Shown: positions 26,220 to 33,891, counted from the first letter of the stretch. The stretch is DNA of 35,735 nucleotides from Dehalococcoidia bacterium (GCA_035650635.1 DASRHH010000074.1:1-35735); one strand, 5' to 3'. The notes: generated by a model not told the origin, from the letters alone. Translations and numbers: made by a program.

Positions 26220-27125
26220 TTAACCGACCCGAGCCAGGCGCTCTTTCGTCAACTTTAGCATCGCGTCCGGCAGCGGGCCCTTGGATGCGGCAGCTACGTT
26301 GGCCTTCAGGTGGTCGAGGTCCCTGGTGCCAACGATCGTCGTGTCCAGATCAGGGTTGGATAGCGTGTAGCGCAGGGTGAACTCCATGCGGCTCATGCCG
26401 TCCAGGACTTCGTCCAGGCCGGCCGCTTCCCAGCGGTTCTTCAAATCCTCGGCTGAGACCATGTAGTATGTCCGATTGTCCCAGTCCGTGGGTGAACCGC
26501 GGGCCACGCCCCCGCGAATGATTATCCCCGCGCCGGCGGCCGCCGCCATAGCGATGGCCGCCTCGTGCTCCGGTTGTAGGGCCGAGTACGGCACCTGGAA
26601 GGTATCGAACACGCCCATCTCGATCTGCTTCGTGAGGTTTGGCAGCGTCCCTGAAACCCCAACGAAACGGACCTTGTTCTCCCTCTGAAGAGCAAGGGCT
26701 TCTTGCAACGCACCGTGCTCGCTGAACTCTTCCGGAGTCAGGCTTCGATGGAACTGTACCAGGTCAAGGTAATCGGTCTTCAATAGACGCAGGCTGTTCT
26801 CGACGCCGGCGCGGATGTTCTCAGCCGTGTGGACGTGCTCTGAACGGCCGGGGGCACCGGGCACGCAGCCGCACTTTGACGCCAGGAAGTACTCAGACCG
26901 GCGATGACCTATGAATCGGCCGATCAGCTCCTCGCTGCGGCCATAATCGATGGATGTGTCGATGAAGTTGATCCCGGCGTCGAGTACGCCGTTGAGAAGG
27001 CGCTCGGCGTCAGCGTCAGAAACCGCCGGCCCGGCAGGTGGGCCGCGGAGCTCCATGGCGCCGAAGCCCAGCGCCGTGACCTCCAGGCCAGTGCGGCCCA
27101 GTGTCCGCCTTGGGAGCTCAGCCAT
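26220..27125 (-). CDS. Aldo/keto reductase
   Basis: 301 aa. LGFGAMELRG, INFIDTSIDYGRSEE and LASKCG blocks (catalytic D/Y/K context). Confidence 0.9.
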   Translation of the reverse strand: MAELPRRTLGRTGLEVTALGFGAMELRGPPAGPAVSDADAERLLNGVLDAGINFIDTSIDYGRSEELIGRFIGHRRSEYFLASKCGCVPGAPGRSEHVHTAENIRAGVENSLRLLKTDYLDLVQFHRSLTPEEFSEHGALQEALALQRENKVRFVGVSGTLPNLTKQIEMGVFDTFQVPYSALQPEHEAAIAMAAAAGAGIIIRGGVARGSPTDWDNRTYYMVSAEDLKNRWEAAGLDEVLDGMSRMEFTLRYTLSNPDLDTTIVGTRDLDHLKANVAAASKGPLPDAMLKLTKERLARVG

Positions 27126-27493
27126 TAGACCATCCTTTCCTTAGAAACGACTTGTGTTCCGCACATATTATCCGACAGCGCTGGGCATTACCACGCCAGG
27201 CGCGTCTATTTTGGCGTGGCCCTGTTCCACGTCCCTGGCGGCCGGCAGGAATAGAAGACGAACTCACTGGTGCCGTCCGCTTTTTCGCCTAGGAGAGAGA
27301 CAATTGCTTGCCGTGACCCAGGGAGCTTATTCACCCATTGGCGCACCAGCTCGTCGGAAACACTTTGGGTAGTGCCCTTTGATCTACCGGGGCGGGCGCA
27401 GGTGTGCAGCTGGCCTTTCTTGGTCGGCCAGGAAGAACGCCAACGCCGCAGTCGATATGGCTCCACTGGCAGATCGTCGGAACCGTTGTTGTT

Positions 27494-27538
27494 TGGAGCG
27501 GGCGATGGGATTCGAACCCACGGCCCTCTGCTTGGGAA
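27494..27538 (-). pseudogene. tRNA-Gly(CCC) 3' half only: anticodon loop, 3' anticodon stem, variable loop, T arm, acceptor 3' strand, U73 and encoded CCA
   Basis: The minus strand reads TTCCCAA GCAGA GGGCC GTGGG TTCGAAT CCCAT CGCCCGC T CCA. The acceptor end CGCCCGCTCCA is that of bacterial tRNA-Gly. Upstream sequence (AACCAGCGTTC) cannot form the 5' anticodon stem, D arm or acceptor strand. Confidence 0.7.
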
Positions 27539-27610
27539 GAACGCTGGTTGGCTAATTGCTAAGGCGCCAGATTCAAAAACAGCAGGCAAACTTCAGGGAA
27601 AACACAGGTT
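27528..27610 (+). repeat. Direct repeat R1 (about 83 nt)
   Basis: Aligns without gaps to 33428..33510, an offset of exactly 5900 nt. 51 of 70 positions are identical over 27541..27610, plus 10 of 15 in the preceding anticodon-arm-like segment. Shared blocks: GAACGCTGGTT, TGCTAA, AGATTCAA, GGCAAAC. Confidence 0.65.
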
Positions 27611-27647
27611 GACGAGAGCTTGCCCGGTGGCGCGCGAGAGACCTGCC

Positions 27648-27677
27648 CCACCATAAGCAATGGTGGTGTTTGCTTAT
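27648..27677. terminator. Two overlapping, mutually exclusive hairpins just past the dnaE2 stop
   Basis: Hairpin 1: CCACCAT-AAGCA-ATGGTGG (27648..27666), followed on the plus strand by TGTTTGCTT. Hairpin 2: ATAAGCAA-N9-TTGCTTAT (27653..27677). Confidence 0.3.
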
Positions 27678-27706
27678 CTAAGTAGTCCGACCGAAGAGTT
27701 GGTGGC

Positions 27707-30700
27707 CTACCCGAAGTTGTGCGCATGTGGAGCGACCGGCAGACTGCCGTTCAGCGCCCGGAAGTCCTCCGCTACGATGTTGATCGTGCCCTCTCGACGC
27801 TCCAACATCCCTCGCACGATGACGAACGGCTCGGTGCGGACCAACTGACGTTGCCGCTCATAGAGGCTGGCGCGCACCATCACGTTGGCCAGGCCAAACT
27901 CGTCCTCCATCACTAGAAAGACCATCCCCTTCGCCGTCATTGGCCGCTGACGACAGACTACCAGGCCCGCCAGTTCCAGGAATTTGCCGTCCTCCAGCGA
28001 ATGCAGCGCTGAGGTAGGTACGATGCCCTCGTGCAGGCGAGGTCGCAGGAAGGCCATAGGGTGCTGCAGGGACAACCCCAGGATGGAGTAATCGGCGGCC
28101 ATGCGGTCCCATTCGCTCATCGACGAGAGCGAGACCATGTCCTGCTCCGTGAGTAAGGGCAGCGCGAGCTGGCGTTGCCCGGCGTTGCGGCCTTCCGGTC
28201 GATAGACCAGCCCTAGCTGCCAGAGCAACTCTCGCCTCTCCAGTCCGAAGCCGTCGAAGGCTCCACAGCCGATCAGGTTCTCGATGGCTCCTCGCTTGAG
28301 GCGGGTGCGCTCCAGGAAGTCGAACAGCGAGCGAAAGGGGCCGCCCTCGTCGCGCCGCGTTTCGACCTCTTTCGCTGTACTCGGGCTCAAGCCTTTCACG
28401 TAGCGCAGGCCGATGCGCACCGCGCCATGCTCCATGGTGCAACTGGCATTGCTGCGGTTGATGTCCGGTGGCAATACCTCCACGCCGTGGCGCCGGCCGT
28501 CGTTCAGGAGGACGTGCGGGCCGTAGAACCCCATGGGCTGGGCGTTGAAGAGCGCGCAGAGGAACTCCGTGGGATAATACTGACGCAGCCAGGCGGTCTG
28601 GTAAGCGAGCAGCCCGAAGGCAGCGGCGTGGGCCTTAGGGAAGCCGAACTCCGCGAACCCGGATATCTTCTGGAAGGCACTCTCGGCGGCTTCCGGCGAG
28701 ACCCCGTTCTGCAGGCAGCCGTCCATGAACTCATCCTTCAGCCTGGAGATGGCTTCCTGGGAGCGCTTGCGACTCATGGCCCGGCGCAGGTTATCCGCCT
28801 GGCCGGTACTGAAGCCGGCCAGGGCCATCGCTACCTGCAGCACCTGGTCCTGGAAGAGGATGACGCCAAGTGTATCCTCCAGCACCGGCTCCAGGCTGGG
28901 GTGGTCGTAAGTAACTTCCTCCTTTCCCATGCGACGCCGGATGTAGGGGTTGACGGCACCACCGACGATGGGCCCCGGCCGGATGATCGCCACCTCCACC
29001 GTCAAGTCCTCCAGTGAGCGCGGCTTTACTCGCGGCAACGTCTGCATCTGAGCCCGCGACTCGATCTGGAAGACGCCCATCGTATCGGCATCGCAGATGG
29101 AGTCGTAGACCTGCTGGTCCTGGAAATCGATGCGGGAGAGGTCGACATGCCGGCCTTGGTGCCGCTCGATGAGGTCGAGGCAGTCGTCGACGGCGGAGAG
29201 CATGCCCAACGAGAGGAAGTCGATCTTGATCATGCGAGCGTCATCGACCGAGTCTTTGTCCCACTGGATGAGGTCGCGGCCCTCCATAGCGCTCTGCTCC
29301 AGCGGCACCAGCTCCACCAGCGGCTGTGTGCCGGAGATGACCATGCCGCCGACGTGCTGGCTGATGTGCCGGGGGAAGCCCGCAATCTGCTCCACCAGCT
29401 CCATCAGGTGCCGCCAGAGCGGAGCGTCCATCTTGTCCCGGTAGTGGGCCAGGCGCCTCATCTCCTCCCGCACGTGACGGGCGGAGGAATAGCCGTCGCT
29501 GACCTTGGCCAGGCGATCGAGTTCCGCCAGGGGCAGGCTCAGCGCCTTCCCCACCTCTCGCACAGCGCTGCGCAGCCGGTAGGTGGGGAAGGTAGCGACG
29601 AGCCCCACATTCTCCCGGCCAAAGTGCTCGTAGATGCGCAGGATCAGCTTCTCCCGGACGTCGCGCGGGAAATCGAGGTCGATGTCCGGCACCGATGCCA
29701 TCTCCTCATTGAGGAAGCGGCCCAGGAAGAGGTTGTTGGCCACGGGATCAATGTGCGATAGACCGATCAGGTAGCAGATGACGGACCCAACGGAAGAGCC
29801 GCGCCCCCGGCCCGGCGGCGCCAGGCATTCACGTCCACGCACTTCCCCTGCTACCTGATAGGCCAGGTTGAGGATCTCCCAGTGGATGAGGAAAAAGCCG
29901 GCCAATCCGTGATGAGCCACCAACCGCAGCTCTTCCTCCAGCCTCTCCTGCGCTTGCAGTGGCCGCTGGTAGCGGCGCTCTAGCTCCCGCCGGCAGAGCT
30001 TGCGCAGGTAAGAGTCCGCCGTCTCGCCGGGCGGCACCGGGTAGTCCGGGAAGCGATAGTCCAGGTCCTTCGTGAGGTCGAACCGGCAGCGCTCGGCGAT
30101 GCGCAGGCTGTTGGCGATGGCCTGCGGGTGATCTCGGAAGAGCTCCGCCATCTCAGCGGGCGGCCGCAGGAAGTACTCCGAGTTCTCGCGGCGTAGGTAG
30201 TGGCTGGCGTCCAGCGTGCTGCGGTTCTTGATGACGACCAGCACGTCCTGCAGGCGGTGCCGCTCTCGCGTATGGTAATGGACATTGCCCGTCGCTACGG
30301 TGCCAACACCCAAGCGCCGCGCCAGTTCCGCCAGTGCTTGATTGCGGCGGACGTCTCCATAGACCAGGTTGTTCTGCAGCTCCAGGAAGAAGCTGCCGGC
30401 GCCAAACCAGTCGCGGTAGCGGCGGGCGGCCGCCTCCGCTTCCGGGTAGCGCTCCTGTGCCAGCAGCGCTGGCACCTCCCCGCGCCGGCAGCCGGACAGT
30501 GCGATGAGCCCTTCCGTTTGGCGGGCCAGCACCTCCAGATCGATACAGGGGCTGCCGCGCTCGTGGTCCAGGTGGGCGTGAGTGAGCAGGCGGCAGAGGT
30601 TAGCGTAGCCGCGCTGAGTCTCGCAGAGCAGCGTCAGGTGGTGGCCGTTGGCCAGCGTGACCTCGGCGCCGGTGATCGGCTTGAGGTCCCAGGCACGGGC

Positions 30701-30865
30701 GGCCTGCGCGAACTCCATCGCCCCGTGCAGGCCGTCGTGGTCGGTCAGCGCCAGTGACTCGTATCCCTGAGCCTTCGCTCGCAACACCATCTCCTCGACG
30801 TGCGAGGCGCCCTCCAGGAAAGAAAAGCTGGAATGGGCGTGCAGCTCGGCGTAGGGAGCAGGCAT
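27707..30865 (-). CDS. dnaE2: Error-prone DNA polymerase III alpha-subunit paralog
   Basis: 1052 aa. N-terminal PHP domain YAELHAHSSFSFLEGAS...LALTDHDGLHG. The length and the adjacent imuB-like gene fit DnaE2 rather than replicative DnaE. Confidence 0.9.
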   Translation of the reverse strand: MPAPYAELHAHSSFSFLEGASHVEEMVLRAKAQGYESLALTDHDGLHGAMEFAQAARAWDLKPITGAEVTLANGHHLTLLCETQRGYANLCRLLTHAHLDHERGSPCIDLEVLARQTEGLIALSGCRRGEVPALLAQERYPEAEAAARRYRDWFGAGSFFLELQNNLVYGDVRRNQALAELARRLGVGTVATGNVHYHTRERHRLQDVLVVIKNRSTLDASHYLRRENSEYFLRPPAEMAELFRDHPQAIANSLRIAERCRFDLTKDLDYRFPDYPVPPGETADSYLRKLCRRELERRYQRPLQAQERLEEELRLVAHHGLAGFFLIHWEILNLAYQVAGEVRGRECLAPPGRGRGSSVGSVICYLIGLSHIDPVANNLFLGRFLNEEMASVPDIDLDFPRDVREKLILRIYEHFGRENVGLVATFPTYRLRSAVREVGKALSLPLAELDRLAKVSDGYSSARHVREEMRRLAHYRDKMDAPLWRHLMELVEQIAGFPRHISQHVGGMVISGTQPLVELVPLEQSAMEGRDLIQWDKDSVDDARMIKIDFLSLGMLSAVDDCLDLIERHQGRHVDLSRIDFQDQQVYDSICDADTMGVFQIESRAQMQTLPRVKPRSLEDLTVEVAIIRPGPIVGGAVNPYIRRRMGKEEVTYDHPSLEPVLEDTLGVILFQDQVLQVAMALAGFSTGQADNLRRAMSRKRSQEAISRLKDEFMDGCLQNGVSPEAAESAFQKISGFAEFGFPKAHAAAFGLLAYQTAWLRQYYPTEFLCALFNAQPMGFYGPHVLLNDGRRHGVEVLPPDINRSNASCTMEHGAVRIGLRYVKGLSPSTAKEVETRRDEGGPFRSLFDFLERTRLKRGAIENLIGCGAFDGFGLERRELLWQLGLVYRPEGRNAGQRQLALPLLTEQDMVSLSSMSEWDRMAADYSILGLSLQHPMAFLRPRLHEGIVPTSALHSLEDGKFLELAGLVVCRQRPMTAKGMVFLVMEDEFGLANVMVRASLYERQRQLVRTEPFVIVRGMLERREGTINIVAEDFRALNGSLPVAPHAHNFG

Positions 30866-31149
30866 CAGGGTCTACCCGATCGCGCCGGCGCCCAGTAATC
30901 CTGGGCTGCCCAGCCAACTGCGTCCCGATACACCGTCAGCGTCCGTCCGTCCTCCAGCAGCAGGCTGAAGTAGGTGCGGCTGACCGGCTGCGGGCGCCAC
31001 CACTCATCGTCGATGCGCCAGGTTTCCAGCACGGCCTGCACCTCGCGGCGGCCGGCGAGCCGGACGGCGATCGGCTTGCCCTCAGCGTCCTCTTCCACCT
31101 GCAGTGGGCGCGGGCGGTTCAAAGCGATTGTACGGTGCCGCCTAACCAT
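30865..31149 (-). CDS. 94-aa protein translationally coupled to dnaE2; resembles the C-terminal WW-motif region of ImuB-type proteins
   Basis: Its stop TGA overlaps the dnaE2 ATG (TGATG). Contains AVLETWRIDDEWWRPQPVSRTYFSLLLEDGRTLTVYRD. Confidence 0.55.
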   Translation of the reverse strand: MVRRHRTIALNRPRPLQVEEDAEGKPIAVRLAGRREVQAVLETWRIDDEWWRPQPVSRTYFSLLLEDGRTLTVYRDAVGWAAQDYWAPARSGRP

Positions 31150-31189
31150 ATATGATTCTCAACAAAAGGAGTTTCAAAGGAGCGCTGGA

Positions 31190-31480
31190 ATGGCAATCGT
31201 CATGTTTATGGAGTGGGATGTCACACCGGATCAATACGAGGCGGCTAGGAAGCTGGTTAACTGGGAGGGCCAAGTGCCTGCGGGTGCGATATTCCATGTC
31301 GCTGCTTTCAATCAGCGGGGACTGCGGGTTACCGATCTCTGGGAATCGGAAGAGGACATGCAGGCGTTCGTCAACACACGATTGATGCCGGGGGTCCGCC
31401 AGTTGGGCATCCAGTCCAATCCGCATGTAGAGGTTTTGCCTACACATGCTATCTTTACGCCTGCTTTCAAGCCTGCCTGA
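31190..31480 (+). CDS. Small ABM / dimeric alpha-beta-barrel-like protein (tentative)
   Basis: Start MAIVMFMEWDV with an AAGGAG SD 9 nt upstream. The track ORF 30974..31480 has an implausible N-terminal extension antisense to the 94-aa gene. Confidence 0.5.
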   Translation: MAIVMFMEWDVTPDQYEAARKLVNWEGQVPAGAIFHVAAFNQRGLRVTDLWESEEDMQAFVNTRLMPGVRQLGIQSNPHVEVLPTHAIFTPAFKPA

Positions 31481-32650
31481 TTAAGGCTCGAACTCGACCA
31501 GGGCCGCTCTGCGCTCGGGAATCCGCGACCACGGCTCCACCTCCACAATCTTCCCCAGGGGCACGTAGCCCTGCTTGGCGTGCAGTTGTCGCACAGTCTC
31601 GTCTATCTGTCGCCACAGCTTGCCCTTGCTCTCGAACATGCCGGCCTGCCTGCCAGACTCGGCGCTCAGACCTACCAGTTCTACCTCCAGCTCCTCCACC
31701 GGCCGCTGCGGCGGATGCCGGACGATGGCGCTCTTTACTGCGAACCAGGCATGGGCGGGGTCGGAGAGCGCCTCCCGGAAGGAGACCGGCAGCTCCCAGG
31801 AGCCACCGCCGTCCAGGAGGCCGCGCGCCACTACCTTGCGCACCCAGCGGCCACGCCTGTCCGGGCTCCCGTAAGCGCTGTAGAGCAGGCGCTCCAGGCC
31901 GGCGAGTATGGGGTCGATGGACACTGCCGCGGCCGGCAGTTGCAGCCGGCGCACGATGCTCTCCTCCTGCAGCCTTGGCAGCAGCGGCTCGCTATCGATG
32001 CCCTGCGCCAGCTCCCAGCAGCGCTTGCCCTCGGTCCCGAACTGCTGCTGGTAGGCGCCCAGTGGCAGCGTCGCTATCTCTCCCAGGGTGCGCAATCCCA
32101 GCAGCTCCAGCCGCCAGCGAACCGGTTCATCGATGGGGAGGAGATCTACAGGCAACGGCGCCAGGAAGCCGGCGTCTTGCCCCGCCTGCACCAGCTTCGC
32201 CAGGCCGGGGCGAGAGGTCTGCGCCGCGACGCGGGCGGTGAACTTGCCTTTCGCGATGCCTGCCGTCGCCATCAGCCCGAAGCGCTTGTGCAGTCCGGAG
32301 ATCAGGCGATCCGCCAGCTCCTGCGGCTCAGCCGCCAGGCCCTTCAGCGAGAGATAGGCCAGCCCGAGGCCCGCCGGTTCCAGCTCCGGGCTGAACCCTT
32401 CCAGGAAGTTCATCACCTCTTCGAAGCGGCACTGGTAATAGGACAGGTCCGGTGGCAGCACCTCCGCGCGATGACAGAGGCCAATCGCTTCCGACATGCG
32501 CATGCCGCGCCTGACGCCGGAGGCCTCAGCGCCGAGAGAGCAATCGAAGACTGTTGCTTCGCCGATTAAAATAAGAGATGTGGCTGAACTCTGCCGGCGT
32601 TGGCGCTCGACTTCGACAGAGAAACGGGGGATAGCGATGCAAGTAAGCAT
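31481..32650 (-). CDS. imuB: Y-family polymerase homolog lacking the catalytic acidic residues (ImuB-like)
   Basis: The N-terminus CIAIPRFSVEVE replaces the canonical D-x-D-x-F-(F/Y)-ASVE motif of DinB-type enzymes. 389 aa. Lies upstream of dnaE2. Confidence 0.75.
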   Translation of the reverse strand: MLTCIAIPRFSVEVERQRRQSSATSLILIGEATVFDCSLGAEASGVRRGMRMSEAIGLCHRAEVLPPDLSYYQCRFEEVMNFLEGFSPELEPAGLGLAYLSLKGLAAEPQELADRLISGLHKRFGLMATAGIAKGKFTARVAAQTSRPGLAKLVQAGQDAGFLAPLPVDLLPIDEPVRWRLELLGLRTLGEIATLPLGAYQQQFGTEGKRCWELAQGIDSEPLLPRLQEESIVRRLQLPAAAVSIDPILAGLERLLYSAYGSPDRRGRWVRKVVARGLLDGGGSWELPVSFREALSDPAHAWFAVKSAIVRHPPQRPVEELEVELVGLSAESGRQAGMFESKGKLWRQIDETVRQLHAKQGYVPLGKIVEVEPWSRIPERRAALVEFEP

Positions 32651-32666
32651 AGCTGGCCCTTACAAC

Positions 32667-32694
32667 TTTATAGAACACTCGTTCTACTTGTCAA
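32667..32694 (-). promoter_or_regulatory. Near-consensus promoter for the imuB-like gene: TTGACA, 16 nt, TATAAA
   Basis: The minus strand reads TTGACA AGTAGAACGAGTGTTC TATAAA. The ATG is 16 nt after the -10, giving a very short leader. Confidence 0.5.
32672..32685. promoter_or_regulatory. LexA (Cheo-type SOS) box AGAAC-ACTC-GTTCT
   Basis: Perfect palindrome matching the GAAC-N4-GTTC consensus. It sits inside the imuB promoter spacer/-10 and 26 nt upstream of the udgX-like ATG. Confidence 0.6.
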
Positions 32695-32710
32695 TCCTCC
32701 GGTGGCTGTG

Positions 32711-33358
32711 ATGAGGGCTCTCACGTTGGAGGAGATGATGGCGGGTGAAGCTGCCGAGTTGCTGCCGCCCAAGCCATCGCTGAAGAGCTTGCGCGAAGCC
32801 GCGGCAGACTGCAAAGCCTGCCCCCTTTGGGAGCTAGGTACTCAAACGGTCTTCGGCGAAGGCGAGCGCACCGCCAGACTGGTGCTCATCGGCGAGCAGC
32901 CCGGCGATGCAGAAGATGTGGCCGGCAAGCCTTTCGTTGGCCCTGCGGGAAGATTGCTGGACGAAGCTCTAGAACGGGCCGGCCTCGACCGGCACTTCGC
33001 CTACGTCACTAACGTTGTCAAGCATTTCAAGTGGGAGCCGCGCGGTAAGCGACGCATTCATAAGAAGCCCAACGAGAGGGAGATCACCGCTTGCCGCCCC
33101 TGGCTGGCTGCTGAGCTCAGCGTCCTGGAGCCGGAAGTCATCGTCTGCCTGGGCGCTACCGCTTCGCAGGCGCTGCTGGGCCGCGACTTCAGGGTGAGTC
33201 TTCAACGGGGTATCGTCATGCCGTCGGACCTGGCGCGGCACATCATGGCCACGGTGCACCCATCCTCTATCCTCCGCGCCGATGACCGCGAGCACGAGAT
33301 GCAAGCCTTCGTGGCCGATCTGGAAAAGGTCAGCCCGTTGCTGGCAGCCTATCAATAA
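32711..33358 (+). CDS. udgX: Family 4 uracil-DNA glycosylase of the UdgX type
   Basis: GEQPG motif A, HPSS motif B, Fe-S cysteines (CKACPLW, ITACRPW) and the UdgX-specific insertion KHFKWEPRGKRRIHKKP containing KRRIH. Start at MRALTLEE; the track start at 32600 is unlikely. Confidence 0.85.
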   Translation: MRALTLEEMMAGEAAELLPPKPSLKSLREAAADCKACPLWELGTQTVFGEGERTARLVLIGEQPGDAEDVAGKPFVGPAGRLLDEALERAGLDRHFAYVTNVVKHFKWEPRGKRRIHKKPNEREITACRPWLAAELSVLEPEVIVCLGATASQALLGRDFRVSLQRGIVMPSDLARHIMATVHPSSILRADDREHEMQAFVADLEKVSPLLAAYQ

Positions 33359-33402
33359 CTTCGCCGTCCGGCTCCCGATAATAATTCTACCGCTCGTTTC
33401 CT

Positions 33403-33438
33403 CGGCTGCACAGGGTTGGTAGAGCACCTGCCTCGGGA
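33403..33438 (+). pseudogene. Degenerate tRNA-Pro(CGG)-like 5' fragment (D arm, 5' anticodon stem and loop only)
   Basis: Reads ...GGTTGGTAGAGC A CCTGC CTCGGGA, then continues GAACGCTGG (repeat R2) instead of the 3' stem GCAGG. The acceptor and D-stem region is imperfect, and no T arm follows. Confidence 0.4.
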
Positions 33439-33510
33439 GAACGCTGGTTACCCAAATGCTAACAGGTTAGATTCAAGAGCAGCGGGCAAACCTCAAGAAA
33501 AACGCAGACA
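33428..33510 (+). repeat. Direct repeat R2 (about 83 nt)
   Basis: See R1. Confidence 0.65.
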
Positions 33511-33528
33511 ATCGGCTTCTGTCGACTC

Positions 33529-33544
33529 AGTGATGTACATCACT
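33529..33544. repeat. Perfect 16-nt palindrome AGTGATGTACATCACT
   Basis: Read directly from the sequence, 19 nt after R2. Confidence 0.6.
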
Positions 33545-33593
33545 AACGCGAGCCAAGGATCAAACGTTCATACGATGCTAAAAGCCGGTTTCC

Positions 33594-33615
33594 GCGATAG
33601 CTGTATTGCTATCGC
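33594..33615 (-). terminator. Hairpin GCGATAGC-N6-GCTATCGC downstream of the minus-strand sigma/anti-sigma operon
   Basis: 8-bp perfect stem, 37 nt after the stop at 33652. On the minus strand a TTTT run follows about 10 nt later, so the U-tract is weak. Confidence 0.35.
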
Positions 33616-33651
33616 AGCCCATTGCCCGGCGGTTCCCAATTCGCGGACAGA

Positions 33652-33891
33652 CTACTCAGACATCTCCGACTTGATCTTGGCCCAGTACGTCAACCAAGCT
33701 TGATGCTCGCGCTCCTTGGCCTCCTCGATTCGCAGCATCTGCGTTCGACTAAGCAGGACAGAGCCGACGGGCAGCGGTGGCGCATAACCCAGAGAGATCA
33801 ACAAAAGGTCATGGTCGTGACGCGCGTGTTGCCATCTCTCGTAAAGTCCAGCCGTACTCTCGTCGCCCGACCTACTGGCCATTGAGGACAT
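33652..33891 (-). CDS. Hypothetical 79-aa protein
   Basis: Track ORF, last gene of the minus-strand cluster. No motif recognised. Confidence 0.35.
   Translation of the reverse strand: MSSMASRSGDESTAGLYERWQHARHDHDLLLISLGYAPPLPVGSVLLSRTQMLRIEEAKEREHQAWLTYWAKIKSEMSE

Noticed and set aside
27541-27552. AGAACGCTGGTTG (R1) and AGAACGCTGGTTA (R2, 33440..33452) as functional LexA boxes.
   Set aside because: Each has a mismatch in the right half-site, and neither has a downstream gene in a suitable position. Mentioned only as a side note in the repeat finding.
27206-27589. 127-aa track ORF as a genuine gene.
   Set aside because: Its N-terminal third is simply the translation of repeat R1 and the tRNA-Gly fragment. 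Only the distal part is kept, as a possible integrase remnant (see findings).
27494-27700. tmRNA (ssrA) or a group I intron-containing tRNA ending at the GCTCCA 3' terminus.
   Set aside because: A tmRNA of normal size would extend into the dnaE2 coding region. No GCGGGCG 5' acceptor strand occurs within several hundred nt upstream on the minus strand. No resume-codon or tag ORF was seen.
27494-33441. Nanoarchaeum-style split tRNA: a 5' half at 33.4 kb (plus strand) and a 3' half at 27.5 kb (minus strand). The flanking R sequences would be complementary in the two transcripts, with 11 bp of perfect GAACGCTGGTT pairing.
   Set aside because: The acceptor strands do not pair (TCCTCGG/CGGCTGC versus CGCCCGC). 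The anticodon loops encode different identities (CGG versus CCC). The 5' fragment is degenerate. Bacteria lack the BHB splicing endonuclease. An inversion model that would rebuild one tRNA fails for the same acceptor mismatch.
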